64,000 bases of DNA. It comes from Paraspadella gotoi (Eukaryota; Animalia; Chaetognatha). Position numbers and translations under genes: made by a program. How positions within the stretch are numbered: the first letter of the stretch is position 1; every line of letters begins with the position of its first letter. The stretch covers positions 4,729,046 through 4,793,045 of the forward strand of contig CM119269.1 in the NCBI GenBank assembly GCA_051294375.1, in the 5' to 3' direction. Under the pieces are notes generated by a model, which was not told where the DNA came from, did not search any database, and saw only the letters and a program-made list of their open reading frames with translations. Positions 25,746-37,309 of this stretch are shown piece by piece.

Positions 25746-26336
25746 TGGTGAGACAAAAAGAATTGGTTGAAGAAAAAAGGGAGTGAAAAAGTCGGAGAAT
25801 TTGAGAGGCAAATCTCCAACCTTAATTTCACGACGTTATTCGTAGCTTTCGTCTTTGCTCCCTGATTGCTTCTCTTTCAAATCAGCTTTCGTTGCAATTT
25901 AACATCAGACCAAAACAAGTTTGCTTCGAGATTTGCAGTTTTTCTTTTTTTTTTTTTTTTTTTGTTTGTTTGTTTGTTTTTTTTTGTTTTTTTTTATCTA
26001 AAAGCACTTTTACAATGATATTAACATTATCATTATCATTACATCTTATAGAAAACAATAGCACAACAAGGGAATAAAATTCTATTTTTATTTTATTTAT
26101 TTTTATTTTTATATCTAATTCTATTCTAAATTAAATTTCCATTTCGTTTGTCTTAACATTTTTTTTCTCTTTTAACTTTTTCTTTTTTTTTTTTTCCTTT
26201 TTCTTTTTTTCCTTTTTCTCTTTTCCCTCCTTTTCCTTTCCTTTTCTCCGCCAGCGGTTTTTCTTATTTCACAGTCAATTTGATGCTTCGGCGGCGGAAT
26301 TTGGAAGCCAAAAAGAAGGTCGCGATCGAGAGGAGG

Positions 26337-26423
<87 letters not shown>

Positions 26424-26728
26424 AGATGAAAACGGAGAACATATTAGAAGATTAGTAGATTAGAAATGCGAACAGATTTTCATCAAAATAATATTGTTAT
26501 GTATCTTTTCAGGAGCGGATGAACCCGTCAAAAAATATGAAGATCCTAACTGAATGCGACTGTCGCTCGCTCGTCTTTTGATAGTCTTTTTTTTTTTGGG
26601 GGGGGGGGAGGGGGTTGGCAGAAGGAGGTTTTTCGTTGCACAAGAGAATCGTTTTAAGGTATGGAAAAAAAAGATGTTTTGTTCCTTAGAGAAAAAAACG
26701 ATCCAGTTCCGTTGACGATCTGGCGTTT

Positions 26729-26806
<78 letters not shown>

Positions 26807-27199
26807 CGTTAGGAGATCTGTTATCGAAAATCCGCGGCCGAAATTGAACCAAAATATTTTGAAGTAACAGGAATGACGCTTCGAGGTTCGGTCACAGAAA
26901 AGGAAAAAAAAGCGAAAAGTTATGTATGTAGTCGGGCATTGCAAGGTTTACACCGCCTATAAGGCATGATCATACTTTCGACAGTTGTTCGACTCATACG
27001 AGTGTGCTTTATCTACGTTGAAAAAATGTAAAGGTGTTGGTTTTTACTTTTCTATCTTTTGATCAGATTAAGTTCTTCAACATTAGACTATCGAATCGAA
27101 AAATGGTTTATATAAAAATAAAATGTGAGCCCTGTTTTGTCAAGTAACAAAAACGGGCACCTATTTGCGTCACCTACTAAGCATGACTCTTTCAGTTGT

Positions 27200-27420
27200 G
27201 ACCGGTGGCTCATGAGTAAGCCATCAGTCATGACCACGAGGTACTGTTTCAATCCAACTGGTACCTACCTGCGGGAAGGTGAGGACGCCGTAAGCCGCCT
27301 TGGGGACCTGGCAAACCCTCAAGCCTGGTTCCAAGCCCAGGACCCGTTCCATGTCTGCTAGAGCGAGTTATAGAAGTTATGGATAGTCATCTTCTGCCCA
27401 CTTAGCGCCAATATCAACAT
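27200..27420 (+). mobile_element. tRNA-derived SINE-like element (copy 3)
   Basis: GACCGGTGGCTCATGAGTAAGCC...GTACTGTTTCAATCCAACTGGTACC tRNA-like head (A and B boxes) plus GC-rich body. Confidence 0.62.
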
Positions 27421-27762
27421 GTTCTGTTTTAATGGTAAATAAATGAAATTAAGTGTCTGGTCACCAATTATCATTCGATTTCGATGCCAATTGTACGACT
27501 TTTTATAAGAAAGAAACTTTGGTGGATTCATTATCAAAGTTTTAATATTAATTTGTTTACAAAAAAAATCATTCCATATAAGAAGCGTTAAATAATTCAT
27601 TTATTATTCGCTCATTCATTATTAATCTCTTCTGATTTGTTATTTATTGCTTTCACCGTAGTTATCAAGAGCTATTAATTATCATAAGATAGGTATTGCG
27701 TTTTATAAGTTAACGATTTGTTAGTGGTGCTGTTCTTTGTTGTATTCCTCTTCTATCTGGTA

Positions 27763-28222
27763 CAGTGTAGGCGTTAAAAAAACGGTTAATTTTAAAAATT
27801 TTAATTATTGGTTAAAAATGCTAAAATTTAACTGGTTAACCGTTAAAACCGTTAAAAACGGTTAATTTGCCAATCATTTTAATGATAAAAATAAGTAAAC
27901 AAAAAATATTTTTTTATTTTCAATAAAAATGAATTAACGTTTTTTTTTCTAATTAAAATAAATTCATAGTTTGAAATTAAAAATTATTTTTCACTTTTAA
28001 TACTTACATATATAATCTAAAATAAGGGAAAAAAGTTTTGAGAAATAGTTGACAGCCTTGCAAAGGAAAACCATAGTACTTAAAACAAATAAAAGTTTAA
28101 ATTAGTAAATTTTAAAATTAACAGGTTAATTTTTACCAAATTAACCGATAGAGTTAAAATCATTTTTAATCGGTGATTAACGGTTAACCGTTAATCGATT
28201 AAAACGCCTCGTCCCACCCCTG
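27763..28222. mobile_element. TA-flanked MITE (copy 3)
   Basis: Same termini and subterminal repeats as 10817-11274. Confidence 0.6.
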
Positions 28223-31200
28223 TAAATAGCGTTAGAGCATCCCTGTCGGATAAAAAACAGATTCTGGTAGAAATAAATAAAAAAATATTATTACAAGATT
28301 TTTCACATTTTTTTGTTTTATAAGTTAAAATTAGCAAAACTAAAACTTGTGGTACATATATATGATGATGATAATGATGATGAATTTTAAGGGTTTTTCC
28401 CTTATTTAACCCACTTATCATCAAAATATTAAAAAACGAATTATAATTTTGTTACATAACTTTTTATGGGCTATCTGAATATTTTTTCATTGCTTATTCA
28501 TTGATAAATATTTAAATAATTTAATGTTAGACTGTGCTTCACTAGTTTAAAAAAATGATAGTTAATATTGATTAAGTATATGATGGACAAATGTATTTGA
28601 TATTACAAAACTCTTAATGATTAAAAAGTGATAAATTTTTGCCCGCCTATCGTTCGGTCGGTCCGTCATCAAAGTCGCCTGACAACTTCATTTCCAGTCA
28701 AAAGCAGTATGCGACTTAAAATGAACCACCAATTGAAGTTGTTTTTTTTTTTAAATTTCGACCAGTTACGCGTCATAGAAGCAAAGACAGCAGCAATAAA
28801 AAACACGTCCTCTCGAGAAAGTTTTCGGTCTTCCTAATTTATTTCTAACTTCTTTAATTCATGATAAATTGATAAGTCATGAAGAAAATTTTTGTTCGAT
28901 TTCAATTGAGACAAAATAAGAATTATAAAACGGAAACATTGCGAAAACACCATTTGCAGAATTACGGAGTTTAAAAAATTAAGCTAATCGTCATACGTAA
29001 TACGTAATACTAATTATAACCCGTGAGCCAAATTCACTGACACGAAACAAATCATTGTTAGGTTTACTGCATCGAGATAAACGTAATCTTTTTTTTTTTT
29101 TTTTTTTTTTTTTTTGATAGATAAAAGAATGCTGGATATTCTTTCTGTAAAAATTTTATTCAAAAAGATATAGTATATTAATAACTTAAAATAATTTGTT
29201 TTATATATTTTGGGCTTTATTGACCTTTATTGACAATGACTGCGTCCAAAAACGCAATCACTTTCTAAGAAATTGATTCTGCAATCTGCAGCCTTCACGC
29301 AAGCAATTTAAGCGGATTGACTTAACCCAACCAAAGCATCAAAATCTGGGCTAAAGGGATGATGCATAATTGCATATCCGTATGGGCTGACATTGGCGGC
29401 AAGTTTATCCTAAAAAAGTAAAAAAATTAGGAGTGGCTAATAGTTTAATTTTAAAAGATAAGTAATTTAAATATAATACTGTAACCCATACAGCAAAATA
29501 TCAACTGCATTAATTTTTTATTACAAAAAGAATCATATCAAGCAGAGGTGAGTAACACGGTTGTTCTGAAGTTTCCACAGTTTCCAAGTTTTCCAGGAAA
29601 AGAAGGAACTGACATTTATTTATGTTGCGCCTGGGAACCTGACATATCAATTTTTTTATAGTAAGTTGTCACTAAAGAAGTCGTGAAACAGAAATCAGGG
29701 TTATTTGTGGTATTAAAACTTTGTCTGGGTAAGAAACCGAATCATCTTATGATAAAAAAATGTTTTGCCTGAAGAGAGAGAATTTTTTCGAGCGATACCG
29801 AGTTCATACCAACATGTTCGGAAGGCATTTTAAGCATTTTTAAACCCATTTTAATAAATGTTTTTAGCATTTCAAAACCAATGAATTTTGTGTTATATGG
29901 TATGATAATATCCTCTTAATGGATGGTAGTGTAGAAGACGAAAATAATAATAATAAAAGTGAGGAGAAGGTGAAGAATTGTAGGTGGTAGATCACATATC
30001 ATTAATTTTTACTTCATGTCAGTGGATTTAGCTAACGTGGTATATACATATGAAAATTTTAAATGTCAATTAGGAACGACATACCACCAATGAACATTAA
30101 TTTGTAAAAAAAAAAAATAATTTTATGTTCTTCAATTTTCGCAGTAGGCTATATTTATATATAGTACTATCCATAAAAATTTAAAAAAACTATATTTAAT
30201 ATATAAAATTTTAATTTTCAGCATATAAAATATAGGGTTTTTTTTTATATAAGTTGAATTTAAAATTTTTTATTATGCTTTAGTAAACACTTCTTCCAGC
30301 AGCTTTCCATTACATTTCAAAGGGGAAACGCTCACCTTCTAATAAACCGAGACCACAGAACTCAATAACTTACCATCAAAGCTTATCAGCATCTTTCCGA
30401 AAATACACAATATACACTAAATATATTTAAATACATAAATACACATTACAAGCAGCAAAAAAATTTATGTTAAATTGCTCAATCTTTCATCACTCCACCC
30501 TACTCTATAATGAAACACCGTTGATGCCCTACGTTTAATTGCCTTTTCTTTCTAAAAATTATCTTTCTAACAATTATCTAATTCCAATTATAAATAATAA
30601 TAACATTAACAAACACTATTTGCTTTTTGTCTGCCCCCTCGTAAATCGACAACAATTCACGGCTCTTTTGTCTCTTTTCTTCGTCTCCTTCTGCTTAACA
30701 TTTACTTTTCTTTCTCTTCTCCTTCTTCATCTGCTTCTTCTGCTTAACATTCAGTTTTCTCTCTCTACTCTCGTTCATGACTCAGACTCTGTTAGTTCTG
30801 GAAAGGAAAAGAGACCGAAAACAACTCTCGCCACAGCGAATTTTCTGTTTCTCACGAACATATTAAATTATTGTCTTTTCTTTCTCTGTCCAGGAAAAAA
30901 TAAAGAAAAACACTTCATTTTGTATTCGTCGCGTATTTTTTATTACCTTCGGACCAATTTTAACATTGAATTCGGACCTAATTCTCGTCGAAAGTTATGG
31001 ATAATTAAATAAGTCGCTAAAATAATCTTAAAAAAAAAGTAAATTCATTATGATTATCCGAATTTTGAGGCTTTTTAATAAACTTTGGCTTATTTTTACA
31101 TTCGCCGACCGAGATTTTGCTGTCGGTTTGTTAGGACCCGCCGGTCCGTCCTCCTCCTAAAACGCCCCGAGAATATTCGAAGAATTATCAAAATTATTAT

Positions 31201-31585
31201 TTAAACACTCAAAAGAATTACAAAATTCAGTATAAACTCTAAAACCAATGAATAAACTAAACACGAATGACGAAATGATCCAAACGATAAATCCTTGTGA
31301 TGATATAAAGTTCGAACTCAGATATCACGATTCGCGAGTCTTTGTATCTAACATTAAATGTTGGCCAATTACCATACAATCGCTTAACTTTCAATTCACC
31401 GAATGCATTAAATTTGTTGTTTCTCGTTTTTATTTTCAGAAAAAAAAGTTTGAAGAGAGAAAAAAAGAAAAAAAAGGGAGAGAAAAAGAGTCTAAAAATA
31501 TTTGTTTTACAAATCAATTCGTTTTTGCGCTGATGAAAGCTTACAATGAAGCTGAAACATGTCAGAAATTTATGTTTCTTTATAA

Positions 31586-31620
<35 letters not shown>

Positions 31621-33207
31621 AAAAAGAGTCGAGAGGCAAAGACGGTGGTAAAAGAGAGCAAAAAATAAATGAAAACAAAAGACTAAGCATTTCTTCTTGA
31701 GCCGCAATCAAAAAGCGATCAAGAGAGAGTGTAGCTGATGACTGGAAAGACATCTTGTGGCGACGATGAAAAACAAGCCCTAATGACCTCCCCCCTCTTT
31801 CACTCTCTGTCTCTATCTTTTTCTCTCACTGCTCTGCCTGCACGTCTTAATTCTCATTTGTAAAGCTCCTTTATGTAATTGGATTTTTTTTTTTTTGTGC
31901 TAATTTTGAGGTGAGCGTCTTTAGCCTAGATGTAGCAACATTGAAATTGGCGTGATGAAAGAGGCAAGAAAATAGGAGAAGATATAACAGAAAATAAATG
32001 AAAGGACGTGAAGAAAAGAAGAGAGGTAAAGGGTAGGGAGAAGAGAAGAAAAAAAATAGTGTGAGGGCGTCTCGGTGATTTTAGAGAATCACGTAAAAAC
32101 TATAAATAGAACCGAGTCGAGATGTATGACTCTTTTTACTTGAAACGGCTCTGGTAGTCGGAGGCAAAAAAAAAACGGAGATTACGTCTGTTTCTTTCCT
32201 TTTTTTTATTTTGAAACTGTGACTTGTTTGTTGTGAAGATGTGCCAAAGAAGTTTGACCGATTTATGGACAAGAGGACAAAGATAGGAAAGCTTTTGAAA
32301 TGTGAGCAAATAGTCAGAAATCGCACTAGGAATCTGAGGCGACTTACCACCGGTCTCTCTAAAAAAAAAAAGAAGTTAAAACCGAACGAACATGAATTTC
32401 TATCTCATGATCTCCTACTTATATTCCTTTCGGAAAGACTCCGGTAACTTTTAATCTCCCCCTGTATCTTTCGCTTTCTCTGTTTTTTTTTCGAACTACG
32501 TAATTATGATTTTCTAAAGATAACAGCTTTAGATAGATAAACAGATAACTGTCTTCTTCACTACTTTCTTTACTCTCTATTCACTCTCTCTCCTTTCTTA
32601 TTCCACGGAATCTCGTCTTCTCTCCGCTTCTCTTTCTTCTCTACGCTAAACCCCTTGCTTCTCGCCTATCCTCTCTTCTCCTCTTCTCTCCCTCTCTTCT
32701 CCCTCTCCCATCCTCTTCTCCCCCTTGCCTCCCTTCTTCCTTCTCCCCCTCTCCAGCATCATCAAGAATCGAAGACGAGGCGATTCGTGGAAACAGCAAA
32801 GGCTTAGTTTTCTTTTCTTTTTTTCTTTTTTTTTTTTTTTTGCCGCCGGATTTCTTCGTCATCGTCGTCTTCGTCGTCTTCGTCGTCGTCGCGGTCGTCG
32901 TCTTCTCAGATGATAGGGTTTAGTCACTCCCCAGAGATATCTGCACAAGTGGGGAAAGAAAAATGGAGAAAAAAAGTCGCGTAAAAAAGACAAAAAAAAA
33001 GGAAAAAAAATTTTTTTTAAAGAAAAAAGGAGAGAGGAAAGGAGGAGGGAAGAAATGAAAAGACCAATCAGTGAAAAGATAGTAAAAAAAGAAAAGGAAA
33101 GAAAAGAAAGGAAAAAGTGAGCAACGGGACGAAGGATTGGAAAATCAAGAGATCTCAGCATTTCTTTTATTGAGCAACGGCGAAGTCGGCGGAGAAGAGA
33201 GAGAGAG

Positions 33208-33241
<34 letters not shown>

Positions 33242-33263
33242 ATGGAAGAAAAAGAGACAGACA

Positions 33264-33300
<37 letters not shown>

Positions 33301-34968
33301 AGTTTTATTTTCCTGTTTTTCTTCTCTTCGTGTTTTTCTCTCGAGGGAGATATTTTCTCTCTAGTTTCAGCCAAAGATCGTCTCTTTCTTCACTATGTTG
33401 CACTCAAAACTCGCGATAAATATGACACAAAATAAATTTAATTTCTAAACAACAGGAATTTCGTCAAATCTGTCCTTAAATTCGTTCCATCAGATTCGAG
33501 AAAAACAGATCAAAAGTTCCGATTTCGTTTTAGCAAAAAAATTCCGACGTTGATTAATGATGACTTTTATGAGCAGAGAATTCGGCGCCGTTTTTTCGCC
33601 GGCGAAATTGAGTCGCTTCGCCGGCGCCGGGGCGCCCCTCTGTCTCTTTCGACGACGCCGCAATCGGTCGTCGTCGTCGTCGTCGTCCTCTTTCTCCTTT
33701 CCTCAGAATGGAGTGGAAACGAAGACAAATTCCTTTTCTGCCGATTTTAGTCGCGACGTCTTTCGTTATCGTTAGGGCGTCTTGTTATTCTTCTCGCTTT
33801 CTAGTCAATGTCGTCGTTATCGTCGTCGTTATCGTCGTCGTTATCGTCGTCGTCTTTAGCTTTGACTCAGTATTTCTCTCACTGGCTCGCCGACCACAAT
33901 TTCCTTTGATACTGTATGAGTTCTGTCGCTTTAAAAAATTCAGACGACGAAACGAAGCTGAACCGTTAATGATGAAAGACTGGGATGTTTAAGTTTAGTT
34001 AAAGTATCTTCGCTTGTTTAGTTTGTTTGTTTATTCTCTTGTTTAGTTTTCTTTTTCGACGAAGGAAGCGGAACTGAATATGACAATGTTCTCCTTCCAA
34101 AGGCACCGAGAAGCGGTTTTCTGCAAACAAGAGGGAGAATGTGTTAAAAATTTGATGATGGAAATAGTATAATCTGTAAGATAGAACGAATGAGAAGAAA
34201 AAATGAAGAAAGAGAAAATAAACTGCGTACAAAAATACAATAAAAAAGATTTGTCGAAATATTTGAAAAAAATTAACGAGAATATAAAAAAAATTCTCGA
34301 ATTTCAATAAATTTACCATACCGAGGTATTATTTAAAACCGAATTTATTTCTCGAATAAACTTAAATATCATACATAGTAATTCACGTCCTCAGAAATAG
34401 ATAATTTTTCTTTGATGATAGCGTTTTTGATACGCTGGTCGCAAGGAACGGTGTTGTTCCTTCTCTTCTCGTACCTCCTGAGGAGATATCAGGTTTTGGG
34501 TCTAAATAAGACAGCAACAAAGAAGATCGCGACGACGACGACGACGACGGCGACGACGACGGCGACAGCGTCGGCGGCGGCGGCGAAAATGACGATCACG
34601 GAGAATTCATTTCTCCTTAATTTTTTTTTACGAGCGGATTTTTTTGTATTTTTCCCAAAAAAACCATCAGACGCCAGAAAAAAAAAAACCAATTTCTATT
34701 CGAGTTTTTTTTTTTCGTTGAAAGAAAAAGGAGGCGAAAGTCGAGATAGAGAGAGAGACGTACATTCGTTTTAAGGATCATTAGGGAGGAAGAGAGAAGG
34801 AGAGGAAAGGGGGAGGCCGGCTGTTCGGCCGTCCGGGCGCCGCCCTCGCCGCAACCGCCCCCAGCGCCGCGGCCATACGTCCCCCGGCGCCCCCCCGCTT
34901 GCCCCTTCGACGCTCGCCGACCTCGGCCGGCTTCCGCACGACCATCCATGCGCGAGAGCGGGCAGTCT

Positions 34969-34999
<31 letters not shown>

Positions 35000-35121
35000 C
35001 GTCGCCGTCGCGCTGCCGGCGAAGACGCGGATTTTAGTAATAACTCGGGCAAACAATTGTCTTCGAGCCTGGGCTTCTTTTTTCCCCTTTTTTTTTTTTT
35101 TTTTTTTTGTAACTTGCCATT

Positions 35122-35230
<109 letters not shown>

Positions 35231-35688
35231 CTCTCTTTCTCTCTCTCGAATCTCGGCGTCGCTTATTTTTTGAAATTCTCTTTTTTTTTCCAACGTTTCA
35301 AGTTGGAATTTATTCCGGGTTCGTAGGTCGAACCTTTTACAAGTTACGAAAAAAAAAGGTTTTTTTTTCATTTTTTTCTTTGGTGAAGAGTGAGAAGGTT
35401 GAGGGGTAGGGAGCAGAGGGAGAGTTAAATTCTCGGCCAGGGATTGAAAATGTACTTGACTTTCACGTGATGGGTAAGAAGAAAGTTGAGTGTCTTCTAA
35501 AAATTGAGGGGAAAAACTTTCAAATGGGTTTGGACGGAGGTTAAATTTACTACTTGTTTTTTTTTTAATGGAATTGTGTCCTTTCTTCTCTTTTCGAAAG
35601 GAAACTCGCCCCGAAACTTACTTGAACCCACACGGAATATAAACATTTACATTATTCATTCCACTTGTCCCGCCACTCACCACCTCAC

Positions 35689-37268
35689 CTTCTAGCACCG
35701 CCGTCTTTCGATAAACTGTTTCGATGGCGTCGGAAGTGGGCGCGCCCACCATCGACAAGAGTAAGACGGTCCGGAGGAGTGAAGGATAGAGATTGTGACG
35801 TCGAAGGCGGATTTGGGAAAGGGAGGAAGAGGAGGAGGAGGAGGAGGGAGAGGAGAAAGAAGAAGAAAAGAAAGCGAAGAAGAGAGAGGAGAGAGAAAAG
35901 AAAAAGGATTCGCCCGAGAATTTCTTCGACGCCGCTTTTTCCAGAGGCACCGGTAATTTTTCGATCACAGGCGACGCCGGCGCCGTTGTTAGTCTCTGGC
36001 GATTCTCCAAAGAAAGAGCGCCGTCCCGTTCTCTTCGACTTCGCCGCTCGTTACGACAGCGCCGGTTCAATCGATTGGTTTGACCGGAAAACGATTTTGA
36101 AATTGAATTGATGGCGCCGCGTTGGGGAAAAACGGGGTGACGTCGAGACGTGAGGGCGCTGTGGCAAAATCCGGCGACGCGGTTGTGGCGTCGCCTCGAA
36201 CGAGGGCGCGGCAAGGAATCTCGATGACGAAAGTAACGACGCATCTTCGCCACCCCGTCGGCGACGCCGCCACGGCGGCAGTGACGTTGGCTGCGCGGGA
36301 TTATTGGAGACGGTGGGCGCGGGGGTCGCGAAGACTCACACACCAGTGTCGAGCAGGGGTGTGGGGATAAAGATTGACGAGCCAAAACCCCCGAAAAAGG
36401 GGCGGAGGTTGGCGTATGAGTGGCCAATCCGCTAGAAAGGAGGGTCAAGTCTCGATCCTCCGCGAAATCCCGCGCGTGGGAGAGAACGTGACTCCACGCC
36501 CACAGCGTCTCTCGACGAATCAATCCGCCGGCGCTCTTCCTCGTCGTCCGAGTGATTATTTCCGCCCGCCGCTCGATTATTTCCGGTCGCGAAGGGATTA
36601 TTTCCGGCTTTTCCCCAATTATTTCCAGTTTCGACGCGAGGCCGAGAGAGGGGGCGGCAGGGGAGGATGGGGAAGAGGGGTCGAGGAACGAGGGAGAAGG
36701 GGAGGGAAGAACGAGTGGAGCGAGAGAGGGAGGGAGATGGAATGGAAGAGAGAGTGGAACAGAGTTGGTCCCCGACCGGAACACGCGGAAAGAAATTTGA
36801 CAGATTTGATTCCCGCCTCGTCGCGTGACGAAATCCCGGACGGTGACCGTAATATTGGCGTCAGAAATGTACGCATCCCAGTAGTCCGTAATAGAACGTT
36901 TGTAGTCCGAACGTTTCGTGTCCGAACAACCGCTTATCGAGTTTTCGACGAGACGTTGAAAGTTGAAAGTCTTCGCTTCGTCGGTGAATCGAGGGAATCC
37001 TTCACGTGATATTCGTGATTGAAGACGGAAATTAGACGCCGACAACAACAACGACAACGAATGAACTCGATTAGTCCAGTCTCCTCCTTGACCCAAAATC
37101 TCTTCGGGTTCGCCATCTTCCTCCCTTTCTTCTCTTTCCTCTCTCTCTCCCTCTCTTTTCCCCTCTTCCTCCTCCCCCTCGTCGGCCGTCTCTTCACGTT
37201 GGCCCCTTTGGCCCCGCGGGTCTTTCCAGGTGAGACTAGCGTCGCGTGACCGGAATGCGTTACCGTTT

Positions 37269-37309
<41 letters not shown>

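Larger units (their letters stand above)
17792..25940. other. Spacer of the inverted repeat: low-quality, indel-rich sequence containing degraded copies of nearby DNA and two 25-N gaps (17792-17816, 25395-25419)
   Basis: 17817-18125 duplicates 25628-25935. 18986-19762 duplicates 33852-34629. 24476-25060 is an insertion-laden copy of 32924-33200 (tcactccccagagatatc...tgcacaagtggggaaa). No coherent ORFs. Confidence 0.75.
25945..31588 (+). repeat. Copy 3 of the segment = right arm of the inverted repeat; block order S1, S2, S3, S4, S5, S6, A
   Basis: Reverse complement of 12153-17790; block A at 29276-31588 is a direct copy of 6367-8669. Confidence 0.92.

Noticed and set aside
12153-31588. Polinton/Maverick or other giant TIR transposon
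   Set aside because: No polB, integrase or transposase ORF. The arms are ordinary repeat-containing genomic DNA and the spacer is made of noisy copies of neighbouring sequence.
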